A DNA stretch of 64,000 bases, taken from NCBI GenBank assembly GCA_034423015.1, contig DAOUJG010000053.1:68565-132564 (forward strand), in the 5' to 3' direction. The notes beneath the pieces were generated by a model that did not search any database, was not told the origin of the DNA, and worked only from the letters and a program-made list of their open reading frames with translations. This stretch comes from Dehalococcoidia bacterium (GTDB taxonomy: Bacteria; Chloroflexota; Dehalococcoidia; Lucifugimonadales; JAGWBF01). How positions within the stretch are numbered: position 1 is the first letter of the stretch; each line of letters starts with the position of its first letter. This document shows, piece by piece, positions 37,011 through 48,274 of the stretch. Position numbers and translations under genes: made by a program.

Positions 37011-38646
37011 GTCGGGCGGAAGCCCCGGGAGCCGGGGAGCGGATGGCCCCGGAGCAGAGGGGCTGCCGCCGGTGAAGACTCCCTCCCATATCCCGGTTGA
37101 GCCGGTGTACGGCCCCGACCACCTGGACGGCGGAGACGGCCCGCGGGGACCCGGGGCGCCGGGCGAGTACCCCTTCCTCCGGGGGGTCCACGCCACCGGC
37201 TACCGGGGACGCCGCTGGACCATGCGCATGTTCGCCGGGTACGGCACCGCCGAGGAGACCAACTCCCGGTTCAGGTACCTCCTGGACAACGGGCAGACGG
37301 GGCTCAGCGTGGCCTTCGACATGCCCACCCTCTACGGCTACGACACCGACGCTCCCCAGGCCGCCGGCGAGTTCGGGAAGTGCGGCGTGGCGGTCTCCTC
37401 CCTGGCCGACATGGAGGTGCTGTTCGACGGCATCTCCCTGGACGGCATCACCACCTCCATGACCATCAACGCCCCCGCGGCCATCATCTGGGCCATGTAC
37501 CTGGCCGTGGCCGAGGCGAAAGGGGTGTCCCCGGACCGCCTGGGCGGCACCATCCAGAACGACATCCTGAAGGAGTACACCGCCCAGAACGAGTACATCT
37601 TCCCGCCCGAGCCGTCCATGCGCCTGGTGGTGGACACCGTGGAGTTCGCCGCGGGGCATACCCCCCGGTGGAACCCCATAAGCATCAGCGGCTACCACAT
37701 CCGGGAGGCCGGGGCCACGGCGGTGCAGGAGCTGGCCTTCACCCTGGCCGACGGGTTCGAGTACGTGCGGTGGTGCGTGGACCGGGGGCTGGACGTGGAC
37801 GACTTCGCCCCGCGGCTGAGCTTCTTCTTCAACGTGGACAACTACTTCTTCGAGGAGATAGCCAAGTTCCGGGCTGCCCGGCGGGTCTGGGCCCGGGAGA
37901 TGCGGGACACCTTCGGCGCGAAGCTCCCGCGGTCCTGGTGGATGCGCACCCACGCCCAGACGGCGGGCTGGACCCTCACGGCCCAGCAGCCCGAGAACAA
38001 CGCCGTGAGGGTGGCCCTCCAGGCCCTGGCGGCGGTGCTGGGGGGCACCCAGTCGCTGCATACCAACTCCGTGGACGAGGCGTGGGCGCTGCCGTCGGAG
38101 AAGGCCGCGCTGCTGGCCCTGCGGACCCAGCAGGTGATCGCCCACGAGACGGGAGTCGCCGACACCGTGGACCCCCTGGGCGGCAGCTACTTCCTGGAGT
38201 CGCTGACCGACCAGGTGGAGGCGGGCGCCTACGACTACTTCCGGCGCATCGACGACGTGGGCGGCGTCATCCCGGCCCTGGAGAGCGGCTTCCTGCAGCG
38301 GGAGATCGCCGAAGCCGCCTACAGGTACCAGCGGGAGGCGGACGTGGGGAGAAGGGTGACCGTGGGTGTGAACGAGTACGTAAGCGAGGAGGCCCCGGAC
38401 ATTCCCCTGCTGCGCGTCGACAGGGCGGGCGAGGCCCGGCACCTGGAGAGGCTGAACGACGTGCGGAGGCGGCGGGACGGACGCCAGGCCTCCCTGGCCC
38501 TCCGGTCCCTGGAGCAGGCGGCCAGGGAGTCTCGCAACCTGATGCCTCCCCTGCTGGAGGCGGTGAAGGCCTACGCCACGCTGGGGGAGATGATGGGCGT
38601 GTTTCGCGACGTCTTCGGGGAGTATCAGCCGTCGTGGGGCTACTGA
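37003..38646 (+). CDS. methylmalonyl-CoA mutase family, catalytic (TIM-barrel) subunit without B12-binding domain
   Basis: [39 protein letters not shown]...[10 protein letters not shown] is typical. The ORF ends before any DxHxxG B12 domain. Confidence 0.9.
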   Translation: MSRSGGSPGSRGADGPGAEGLPPVKTPSHIPVEPVYGPDHLDGGDGPRGPGAPGEYPFLRGVHATGYRGRRWTMRMFAGYGTAEETNSRFRYLLDNGQTGLSVAFDMPTLYGYDTDAPQAAGEFGKCGVAVSSLADMEVLFDGISLDGITTSMTINAPAAIIWAMYLAVAEAKGVSPDRLGGTIQNDILKEYTAQNEYIFPPEPSMRLVVDTVEFAAGHTPRWNPISISGYHIREAGATAVQELAFTLADGFEYVRWCVDRGLDVDDFAPRLSFFFNVDNYFFEEIAKFRAARRVWAREMRDTFGAKLPRSWWMRTHAQTAGWTLTAQQPENNAVRVALQALAAVLGGTQSLHTNSVDEAWALPSEKAALLALRTQQVIAHETGVADTVDPLGGSYFLESLTDQVEAGAYDYFRRIDDVGGVIPALESGFLQREIAEAAYRYQREADVGRRVTVGVNEYVSEEAPDIPLLRVDRAGEARHLERLNDVRRRRDGRQASLALRSLEQAARESRNLMPPLLEAVKAYATLGEMMGVFRDVFGEYQPSWGY

Positions 38647-38727
38647 TCCGGCTCCCCACACGGCCCGTTTACGCTGCCTCCGGGCAGGGTCTAGAATAGT
38701 ATGGGAGCTATCGTTGGGGACGCGCCC

Positions 38728-39345
38728 ATGAAGCTGCTGGTGGCCACCGGAAACCCGGGAAAGGCCAGGGAGTTCCAGGACCTGCTCCAGGAGGTCCCCC
38801 TGGAGATCACGTCCCTAGACCAGTTGGGATGCAAAGCGGACGCCGAGGAAGTGGGGGACACCTTCGAGGAGAACGCCATCATCAAGGCCAGGCTCTACTG
38901 CCGGCGCACGGGGCTGTTGACCCTGGCCGACGACTCGGGCCTGGAGGTGGACGCCCTGGGGGGTGACCCGGGCGTCAGGTCCGCCCGGTACGGCGGTCCG
39001 GGCTACACCGACGAAGGGCGGGTGGAGCTGCTGCTCAGAAACCTGCAGGACGTGGCCTGGGAGGAGCGCACCGGCCGGTTCCGTTGCGTCATAGCCATCG
39101 CCTGGCCCGAGGGTCAGGTGCGGACCGTGGAGGGCGCGGTGGAGGGCATAATCCAGTACGAGCCGAGGGGCGACAACGGGTTCGGCTACGACCCGGTGTT
39201 CCACCTGCCCCACCTGGGCAAGACCACCGCCGAGCTGTCGCTGGAGGACAAGAACGAGCTGAGCCACCGTGGAAGGGCCGCCAAGAAGGCGGTGGCATTG
39301 CTGCGGGAGACCCTGGCCGGGGGCCCCGGCGGCCCCGGCGGATAA
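38728..39345 (+). CDS. rdgB: dITP/XTP pyrophosphatase (RdgB/HAM1)
   Basis: MKLLVATGNPGKAREF...ADDSGLEVDALGGDPGVRSARY...FGYDPVF. TTTACG, 18 nt, then TAGAAT (38668-38697) lies upstream. Confidence 0.9.
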   Translation: MKLLVATGNPGKAREFQDLLQEVPLEITSLDQLGCKADAEEVGDTFEENAIIKARLYCRRTGLLTLADDSGLEVDALGGDPGVRSARYGGPGYTDEGRVELLLRNLQDVAWEERTGRFRCVIAIAWPEGQVRTVEGAVEGIIQYEPRGDNGFGYDPVFHLPHLGKTTAELSLEDKNELSHRGRAAKKAVALLRETLAGGPGGPGG

Positions 39346-39347
39346 AC

Positions 39348-40379
39348 ATGGGCGACGGCGCAGTGGACATACGGGATACCTTCGGCAGGCCGGTCAGGGA
39401 CCTCAGGGTGTCGGTAACCGACCGGTGCAACTTCCGGTGTCCCTACTGCATGCCCGCGGAGATATACGGGGAGCGCTACGAGTTTCTTCCCAGGGCCGAC
39501 CTGCTGACCTTCGAGGAGATCGAGCGGCTGGTGGCCCGGTTCGTGGAGCTGGGCGTGACCAAGGTCCGGCTCACCGGCGGAGAGCCGCTGGTGCGAAAGG
39601 GGCTGGAGGACCTGGTCGCGCGGTTGGCCCTCGTCCCCGGCATCCGGGACCTGACCCTCACCACCAATGGGTACCTGCTCGCCGAGAAGGCCTCCGCACT
39701 CAGGGACGCCGGACTGAAGCGCCTGACGGTGAGCCTGGACTCCCTAGACGAGGACGTCTTCAAGGCGATGAACGGACGGGGCTTCGGGACGGGGCCCGTG
39801 CTGGAGGGCATCCGCGCCGCCGAGGAGGCGGGTCTCAGCCCCGTAAAGATCAACGCCGTGGTGCAGAGGGGGGTCAACGACCATACCGTCGTGGACCTGG
39901 CCCGGCGCTTCAAGGGGACCGGCCACGTGGTGCGGTTCATCGAGTATATGGACGTGGGCAACCTGAACGGGTGGAGGCTGGACGAGGTGGTCCCGGCGGA
40001 GGAGATCATCCGGGCGATCGACGCGGAGATGCCCATCGAGCCCATGGAAGCCAACTACAGGGGGGAGGTGGCCCGCCGGTACCGGTACAGGGACGGCGAC
40101 GGAGAGATTGGCATCATCGCCTCCGTGTCCAAACCCTTCTGCGGCGACTGCACCAGGGCCCGCCTGTCCACCGACGGGAAGCTGTTCACCTGCCTGTTCG
40201 CCGGGACCGGGACCGACCTGCGGGGCCCGATGCGCGGCGGGGCCGGTGACGACGAGCTGCGCGACCTCATCGCCGGCGTCTGGGGCCGGAGGGACGACCG
40301 CTACTCGGAGCTGCGGACCCTGGAGACCCGCGCCGATGCCCAGCCACGGAAGGTCGAGATGTACCAGATCGGTGGGTAG
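39348..40379 (+). CDS. moaA: GTP 3',8-cyclase
   Basis: Radical-SAM motif CNFRCPYCMP and the C-terminal cluster FCGDCTRARLSTDGKLFTCLF. Confidence 0.95.
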   Translation: MGDGAVDIRDTFGRPVRDLRVSVTDRCNFRCPYCMPAEIYGERYEFLPRADLLTFEEIERLVARFVELGVTKVRLTGGEPLVRKGLEDLVARLALVPGIRDLTLTTNGYLLAEKASALRDAGLKRLTVSLDSLDEDVFKAMNGRGFGTGPVLEGIRAAEEAGLSPVKINAVVQRGVNDHTVVDLARRFKGTGHVVRFIEYMDVGNLNGWRLDEVVPAEEIIRAIDAEMPIEPMEANYRGEVARRYRYRDGDGEIGIIASVSKPFCGDCTRARLSTDGKLFTCLFAGTGTDLRGPMRGGAGDDELRDLIAGVWGRRDDRYSELRTLETRADAQPRKVEMYQIGG

Positions 40380-40421
40380 GGGCCCCGTAGCTCCGCGAGC
40401 TGCCCTGGGTCCGTGAGTTAG

Positions 40422-40949
40422 ATGACAGAGCTAGAGCATATCTCCATCTACACCGACGGCGCTTGCATCAACAACCCCGGGCCCGGGGGCTATGGCGTGG
40501 TGCTTCTGAACGGAAGTCGCCGCAAGGAGCTCTCCGGAGGGTATCGCAGGACCACCAACAACCGGATGGAGATCCTGGCCGCGATCGTGGGCCTCGAAGC
40601 CCTCAAGGCGAGGTGCCAGGTCACTCTCTACAGCGATTCCCAGTACCTGGTCAACGCCGTCGAGAAGGGTTGGGCCAGAAAGTGGCGGGCAAACGGCTGG
40701 ATGAGAACCAAGGATGCGAAAGCGTTGAACCCGGACCTGTGGGAGAGGCTACTGGCTCTCTGCGACCGCCACGACGTGCAGTTCAGGTGGGTCAGGGGGC
40801 ACGCCGGCATTCCCGAAAACGAACGCTGCGATCGGCTGGCTAATGCAGCTGCCCGTCGCCCGGGCTTGCCGGTGGACGAAGGCTACAAGGCCGCACCGGC
40901 CGGCGGCGCTGAGCGAAGAGGTGGTTATGGAAGACGGCGCCAGGGATGA
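40422..40949 (+). CDS. rnhA: ribonuclease HI
   Basis: IYTDGAC...GGYG...TNNRMEL(I)LAAI...SDSQY...W...H.GH.GN(E)NERCD pattern. Confidence 0.9.
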   Translation: MTELEHISIYTDGACINNPGPGGYGVVLLNGSRRKELSGGYRRTTNNRMEILAAIVGLEALKARCQVTLYSDSQYLVNAVEKGWARKWRANGWMRTKDAKALNPDLWERLLALCDRHDVQFRWVRGHAGIPENERCDRLANAAARRPGLPVDEGYKAAPAGGAERRGGYGRRRQG

Positions 40950-41433
40950 TCCTCCCGCCACCGGCCTCACCCACCTGGACGAGAGTGGTCGGGCCGGCAT
41001 GGTGGACGTTGGCGGCAAGAAAGTCACCCAGCGGGAGGCGGTGGCCCGGGGGTTCGTGTCCATGCGGCCCGAGACCCTGCGCCTCATCGAGGAGGGCATG
41101 GTGAAGAAGGGAGACGTGGTCGCCACCGCCCGCCTGGCCGGGATAATGGGGGCCAAGCGCACCCCGGACCTGATCCCCCTTTGCCATCCCATCCCCCTGG
41201 ACCAGGTTACGGTGGAGCTGGAGCCGGACGAGTCCCGGGTCGGCATCCACGTCACGGCCACGGCCAGGACCAGCGCCAGGACCGGGGTCGAGATGGAGGC
41301 GTTGACGGCGGTGTCCGTCGCTGCGTTGACTCTCTACGACATGTGCAAGTCCGTGGACCGGGGCATGCGCATAGAGGACGTCCGGCTGGTGCGCAAGCTG
41401 GGCGGCAAGAGCGGCGACCTGGTCCTGGAGTAG
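40927..41433 (+). CDS. moaC: cyclic pyranopterin monophosphate synthase
   Basis: ATG 40927 lies inside the rnhA 3' end. LTHLD...MVDVGGK...[10 protein letters not shown]...[22 protein letters not shown]. Confidence 0.9.
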   Translation: MEDGARDDPPATGLTHLDESGRAGMVDVGGKKVTQREAVARGFVSMRPETLRLIEEGMVKKGDVVATARLAGIMGAKRTPDLIPLCHPIPLDQVTVELEPDESRVGIHVTATARTSARTGVEMEALTAVSVAALTLYDMCKSVDRGMRIEDVRLVRKLGGKSGDLVLE

Positions 41434-41437
41434 CCCT

Positions 41438-42166
41438 GTGGAGGTCGTTCCCGGGATTCACAGGGTGGACGGCACGTGGGGCGGCAACGTCTACCTGCTG
41501 GACGGCGTCGACTCCCTGACCCAGGTGGACGCCGCGCTGCCCTTCAATGGGGGCAGGATCCGCCGGTACATCCGAGGCGTTGGCCGCTCGGTCTCCGACG
41601 TGCGCCAGCTGGTCCTCACCCACGCCCACCCGGACCACACGGGCAGCATCCACTCCCTGTTCGGCGACTCGGGCGTGCCGACCCTCGTTCACGAAGCCGA
41701 CACCCGCAGCCGCGGCTCGGGACGTAGACTTTACTACCGGGGCCAGCTCCTCTTCCTGCCGGGAAACCTGCCCCTCTGCAGCCCGATCCCCGCCGACGGC
41801 CTGCTGGAGGACGGGGCCACGCTTTCCCACCTGGACGGAGTCAGGGTCCTGCACACGCCGGGGCATACCCCGGGCAGCGTATGCCTGCTGGACGAAGAGC
41901 GGGGGGTCCTCATCGCGGGAGACATGCTCATAAGCGACGGCAAGGGCTTCCACCGTCCGGTGCAGTTTCCCGGCACCGATTTCCGGGACTACCGGAGGTC
42001 CATAGAGCGCATCGTATCCCTGGACTTCGACACGGTGTGCCCCGGCCACGGCAAGCCGGTGGTGGGCGGCGCCAAGGCGGGCCTGGAGCGGATGCTGACC
42101 GGCTACACCTGGGCCCTGTTCCCCTGGCGGTTCATCCCCCGCCCCGCCCTCAGGGACAAGGGCTAG
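41438..42166 (+). CDS. MBL-fold metallo-hydrolase
   Basis: THAHPDHTG motif, downstream HTPGHTPGS, and D...H ligands. Confidence 0.8.
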   Translation: MEVVPGIHRVDGTWGGNVYLLDGVDSLTQVDAALPFNGGRIRRYIRGVGRSVSDVRQLVLTHAHPDHTGSIHSLFGDSGVPTLVHEADTRSRGSGRRLYYRGQLLFLPGNLPLCSPIPADGLLEDGATLSHLDGVRVLHTPGHTPGSVCLLDEERGVLIAGDMLISDGKGFHRPVQFPGTDFRDYRRSIERIVSLDFDTVCPGHGKPVVGGAKAGLERMLTGYTWALFPWRFIPRPALRDKG

Positions 42167-42279
42167 GGATACTCTCAACAACCCTGGGCCCCTCCCGGGT
42201 TTGAGCCCACCCTCGCCTGAGCAGAGGGGCCGGGGCCCCGCGCTCCGCGCGGGCAAGGAGTCTCACCCACCGGTGAAAC

Positions 42280-42891
42280 CTAGGTTATGGTGTGGCGGGC
42301 CTCGTAGGCTGCGATCTTGTCCTCGTGCTGCAGGGTGAGGGCGATGTCGTCCAGCCCGTTGAGCAGGCAGTTTCGGCGAAAGTCGTGGGTCGCCGGGTCG
42401 TTGTGCACCACGAAGGGTGTGCGCAGCCCGTCGGAGTCCGAGATCTCGCACGACTCCAGGTCCACCGTCAGCTCGTACCCGGGGTTGGCCTTCGCCTTGG
42501 CCAGGATCGGGTCGATGCGGTCCTGGTCCAGGACGGCGGGGACTATGCCGTTGTCGAAGCAGTTCTTGTGGAAGATGTCGGCGAAGCTGGGGCAGATGAG
42601 GACCCGGAAGCCGTAGTCGTGCAGGGCCCAGGGCGCGTGCTCCCGGGAGGAGCCGCAGCCGAAGTTGGGGCCCGAGACCAGGATGGTGGCATCGCTGTAG
42701 CCGGGCTGGTTTAGCACGAAGTCGAGGTTCGGGGTCCCGTCGGCCAGGTAGCGCCACGAGGCGAACAGGAAGTCCTCGTACCCCGTGCGCTCGATGCGCT
42801 TGAGGTAAACGGCGGGTATCACCTGGTCGGTGTCCACGTTTACCCTGTCCAGTGGCGCCACCGCGCCGGTTATCTTGGTGAACGGCTCCAT
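42280..42891 (-). CDS. leuD: 3-isopropylmalate dehydratase small subunit
   Basis: NFGCGSSREHAPWAL motif; 203 aa. Confidence 0.95.
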   Translation of the reverse strand: MEPFTKITGAVAPLDRVNVDTDQVIPAVYLKRIERTGYEDFLFASWRYLADGTPNLDFVLNQPGYSDATILVSGPNFGCGSSREHAPWALHDYGFRVLICPSFADIFHKNCFDNGIVPAVLDQDRIDPILAKAKANPGYELTVDLESCEISDSDGLRTPFVVHNDPATHDFRRNCLLNGLDDIALTLQHEDKIAAYEARHTIT

Positions 42892-42934
42892 GCTGTTACC
42901 TCCGTAGGCTTGCTCTTGCGTCGTCCCCTGACGG

Positions 42935-43489
42935 CTAGTCCCGTTGAGCGAAGACAGACTCCAGATCGATGGCCAAGCCCGGCAGCACCTGCGAGGTCAG
43001 CGCCTCACCCGGGCTGTAGGTGGCCCAGTGGTCCAGCCCACGGTTCCCGGCGACGTACACCTCGACGGTGCGGCTCTCGGGGTCGACTATCCAGTACTCC
43101 CGCACCCCCGATCGGCCGTAGAGGGTGCGCTTGTAGCCCCTGTCGTGCTGCGTCGAGCCTGGAGAGAGGACCTCGGCCACCAGGTCCGGCGCCCCCTGGA
43201 TGTTGGCTTCGGTGACGATCCCGGCCCTGGCGCTGGAGACGAAGAGCAGGTCCGGCTGGGCAACGTCATGGTCCGACAGGACCACGTCGAGGGGCGCAAA
43301 CCACACCTCCCCGAGGTCATGCTCAGTGACGAACCGATCTAGCGGGGCAGAAAGCCTGCGAATTAGCCTCTGATGTCTGCTGGTGGGTGAAGGGGCCAAG
43401 ACCATCTCCCCGTCCAGAAGCTGGTAGCGCTTCTCTTCCGGCGCCGTCATGTAGTCGTCGACGGTGAACTTGATTCCCGGCTGCGTCAT
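42935..43489 (-). CDS. Uma2-family (DUF820) endonuclease
   Basis: YQLLDGEMVLAPSPTSRHQ...QPDLLFV...PDLVAEVLSP...Y...GVREYWIVD. It lies between leuC and leuD. Confidence 0.85.
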   Translation of the reverse strand: MTQPGIKFTVDDYMTAPEEKRYQLLDGEMVLAPSPTSRHQRLIRRLSAPLDRFVTEHDLGEVWFAPLDVVLSDHDVAQPDLLFVSSARAGIVTEANIQGAPDLVAEVLSPGSTQHDRGYKRTLYGRSGVREYWIVDPESRTVEVYVAGNRGLDHWATYSPGEALTSQVLPGLAIDLESVFAQRD

Positions 43490-43525
43490 GCTGCTATCCC
43501 CGGAGCGCTTCCCGGCCCGGCGCCT

Positions 43526-44926
43526 CTACCACTCCCGTATGTCGACGAAGTGCCCGGCGACGGCCGCTGCGGCGGCCATCTGGGGGCTCACCAGGTGGGT
43601 GCGGCCGCCCTTGCCCTGCCGGCCCTCGAAGTTTCGGTTGGAGGTGGAGGCGCAGCGCTCGCCTGGCTGGAGTATGTCCGGGTTCATTCCCAGGCACATG
43701 GAGCAGCCGGCCACCCGCCAGTCGAACCCGGCGTCTATGAAGACCCGGTCCAGCCCCTCGGCCTCGGCCTCGGCCTTGATGTTGGCGGACCCCGGCACCA
43801 CCATGGCGTAGACGTTGTCGTGGACCTTCCGGCCCTTGATCACCTCCGCGGCGCTCCGAAGGTCCTCGATGCGCGAGTTGGTGCAGGAGCCCAGGAAGAC
43901 CCGGTCTATCCTGATCTCCTGCATGGGAGTGTTGGGCTCCAGGTCCATGTAGGTCAGCGCCCGCTCGGCCGCCTCGCGCCTGGAGGGCTCGCTCTCGGAG
44001 GCGGGGTCGGGCACCCGGCCCGTCACGGGGGCAACCATGCCGGGGTTGGTGCCCCAGGTCACGAAGGGCTCCAGGGAGGAGGCGTCGATCTCGACGAGCT
44101 TGTCGAAGGAGGCCCCCGGGTCGCTGGGGAGCTCGCGCCACCTCTCCACCGCGGCGTCGAACTCCTTGCCCTGGGGCGCCTGCGGGCGGCCCCGCATGTA
44201 GTCGAAAGTGGTGTCGTCGGGGGCGACCATGCCGGCGCGGGCCCCGCCCTCGATGCTCATGTTGCACACGGTCATGCGGCCCTCCATGGAGAGGCCGCGC
44301 ACCGCCTCGCCCGTGTACTCGATGACGTGGCCCTGGCCGCCGCCGATGCCTATCTGGCCTATGATGCCCAGTATCAGGTCCTTGGCCGTGACCCCCGTGG
44401 GCAGCGGGCCGTTGACCCGGACCTCCATGGGGCTGAGCTTCGCCTGGACCAGGCACTGGGTCGCCAGCACCTGCTCCACTTGGGTCGTGCCGATGCCCAG
44501 GGCGAAGGCCCCGAAGGCCCCGTGGGTGGCCGTGTGGCTGTCGCCGCAGACTATGGTCTTTCCGGGCTGGGTGTAGCCCTGCTCGGGGCCGATGATGTGC
44601 ACGATGCCCTGCTGGGAGCTGAACCTGTCGTACAGCGTGACTCCGAACTCCGCACAGTTGAGGGTAAGGGCCTCCAGCTGCTTCCTGGACATCTCGTCCT
44701 CCACCGGTCGAGACAGCTCCCAGGTGGGGGTGTTGTGGTCGACGGTGGCCACCGTCAGGTCCGTCCGGCGGACCTGACGGCCCGCCAGGCGCAGCCCCTC
44801 GAAGGCCTGGGGCGACGTGACCTCGTGGACCAGGTGCAGGTCGATGTACAGCAGGGTGGACTGTCCGGGCTCCTCGTGCACCACGTGGGCGTCCCATATC
44901 TTCTCGAACATGGTCTTGGGCGGCAT
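43526..44926 (-). CDS. leuC: 3-isopropylmalate dehydratase large subunit
   Basis: Aconitase-family Cys ligands ([16 protein letters not shown]); 466 aa. Confidence 0.95.
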   Translation of the reverse strand: MPPKTMFEKIWDAHVVHEEPGQSTLLYIDLHLVHEVTSPQAFEGLRLAGRQVRRTDLTVATVDHNTPTWELSRPVEDEMSRKQLEALTLNCAEFGVTLYDRFSSQQGIVHIIGPEQGYTQPGKTIVCGDSHTATHGAFGAFALGIGTTQVEQVLATQCLVQAKLSPMEVRVNGPLPTGVTAKDLILGIIGQIGIGGGQGHVIEYTGEAVRGLSMEGRMTVCNMSIEGGARAGMVAPDDTTFDYMRGRPQAPQGKEFDAAVERWRELPSDPGASFDKLVEIDASSLEPFVTWGTNPGMVAPVTGRVPDPASESEPSRREAAERALTYMDLEPNTPMQEIRIDRVFLGSCTNSRIEDLRSAAEVIKGRKVHDNVYAMVVPGSANIKAEAEAEGLDRVFIDAGFDWRVAGCSMCLGMNPDILQPGERCASTSNRNFEGRQGKGGRTHLVSPQMAAAAAVAGHFVDIREW

Positions 44927-45058
44927 GTCAACTCCCTCTCAGAGATAGTCGTCCGTGCGGGATGGGAAATCCCGGCGGGGCGGCGAGCAACGGCGGCATC
45001 ATTATCGATGATGGGTCGATGATGGCGCTGCATCGTCACAAAGACCGATAGTCGGGTT

Positions 45059-46615
<1,557 letters not shown>

Positions 46616-46688
46616 CGTTCCGTAGCTCCCGTTCTTCTCTTGCTTTGGCCGGACGCCCCTGTCGAGCAGGACGCCCTGGGTCCCGGTC

Positions 46689-47687
46689 CTACTCCACGGG
46701 GTTCATCCAGGGCATCATCCGCCGCAGCTCGCGGCCCACTTCCTCGATCTGGTGCTCGGTGGCGTCCTCGCGCATCACGTTGAAGCGCGGGCGTCCCTCG
46801 TCGTTCTCGGCCATCCACTCCCGGGCGAAGGTGCCGTCCTGGATGTCCTTCAGGGTCCGGCGCATGTTGTCGCGCACGTGCTCGTCGATGACCCCGGGGC
46901 CCCGGCTGTAGTCGCCGTACTCGGCCGTGTCGCTGACGGAGTAGCGCATGTACTTGAACCCGCCCTGCCAGATGAGGTCGACGATCAGCTTCATCTCGTG
47001 CAGGCACTCGAAGTAGGCCAGCTCGGGTGGATATCCCGCCTCCACCAGCGTCTCGAAGGCCGTCTTGATGAGGGAGGTGATGCCGCCGCACAGGGCCGTT
47101 TGCTCCCCGAACAGGTCCGTCTCGGTCTCGTCCTTGAAGCTGCACTCCAGCACCCCGGCGCCGGTGCAGCCGATGCCCTTGGCGTAGGCCAGGGTGATCT
47201 CCTTGGCGGTGCCGGTGGCGTCCTGGTCGATGGCCAGCAGGGCGGGCACGCCGATGCCGTCCACGAACATCTCCCGCATCCTGTGGCCCGGAGCCTTGGG
47301 GGCGACCATGGAGACGTTGACGTTGCCCGGTGGCACGATCTGCTTGTAGTGGATGCTGAAGCCGTGGGCGAACATCAGGGTGCTGTCGGGCTTCAGGTTG
47401 GGCTCTATCTGCTCGCGGTACACCCCGGGCTGGACGTGGTCGGGTATGAGCACCATGACCAGGTCCGACTCGCGGGTCACCTCGTCCACGTCGCCGACGG
47501 CCAGCCCGGCCTCCCTGGCCTTGTCCCGGCTGCGGCTGGTGGAGTGGAGGCCGACCATTACGTTCTGGCCGTTGTCCTTCAGGTTGAGGGCGTGGCAGTG
47601 ACCCTGGCTGCCGTAGCCGATGATCCCGACGGTCTTCTCCTTGAGAAGGTCCAGGTTCGCGTCTTTGTCATAGTACACGTTGGGCAT
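46689..47687 (-). CDS. ilvC: ketol-acid reductoisomerase
   Basis: [18 protein letters not shown] motif and the class I KARI length. Confidence 0.95.
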   Translation of the reverse strand: MPNVYYDKDANLDLLKEKTVGIIGYGSQGHCHALNLKDNGQNVMVGLHSTSRSRDKAREAGLAVGDVDEVTRESDLVMVLIPDHVQPGVYREQIEPNLKPDSTLMFAHGFSIHYKQIVPPGNVNVSMVAPKAPGHRMREMFVDGIGVPALLAIDQDATGTAKEITLAYAKGIGCTGAGVLECSFKDETETDLFGEQTALCGGITSLIKTAFETLVEAGYPPELAYFECLHEMKLIVDLIWQGGFKYMRYSVSDTAEYGDYSRGPGVIDEHVRDNMRRTLKDIQDGTFAREWMAENDEGRPRFNVMREDATEHQIEEVGRELRRMMPWMNPVE

Positions 47688-47710
47688 TTCTCATTGTCCT
47701 TTCATGGGCG

Positions 47711-48262
47711 CTAGGCCCCCTCGTAGTCGGCGGCCACGGCAGTATGGGCTCGTACCCGTTCCCGCCGGGACTCTCCGGCGGCTCCTCGGGTGATGGCTAT
47801 GCGGCCCGTCCGTATGACCTCCCTGATCCCGAAGGGCCGCAGCAGGTTGTGCAGTGCGTTTATCTTGTCCTCTTCTCCGGAGGTCTCGATGACCAGGGAG
47901 TTGGGGCTGACGTCCACGATGTGGGCCCTGAAGAGCTCCGCGATCTGGATAATCTCGCTCCGGTTGGCGGGGGACGCGTGGACCTTTATGAGGGCCAGCT
48001 CCCGGGCCACCACGTCCTCGTCGATGAGCTCGGACACACGTACAATCTCGATGAGTTTGTTGAGCTGCTTGGTAACCTGCTCGATGGTGGCCTCGTCGCC
48101 CTCGACGACGAAGGTCATGCGCGAGAGGTTGGGCTGCTCGCTCTTCCCGACGGCCACGCTGGAGATGTTGAAGCCGCGGCGGCGGAACAGGCTGGAGACC
48201 CGGTTGAGCACCCCGGGGCGGTCCTCCACGAGGGCTACGATCGTGCGGGTCGGCGTGGTCAT
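47711..48262 (-). CDS. ilvN: acetolactate synthase small (regulatory) subunit
   Basis: ACT-domain start IVALVEDRPGVLNRVSSLFRRRGFNISS. Confidence 0.9.
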   Translation of the reverse strand: MTTPTRTIVALVEDRPGVLNRVSSLFRRRGFNISSVAVGKSEQPNLSRMTFVVEGDEATIEQVTKQLNKLIEIVRVSELIDEDVVARELALIKVHASPANRSEIIQIAELFRAHIVDVSPNSLVIETSGEEDKINALHNLLRPFGIREVIRTGRIAITRGAAGESRRERVRAHTAVAADYEGA

Positions 48263-48274
48263 CGGACCCTCTCC

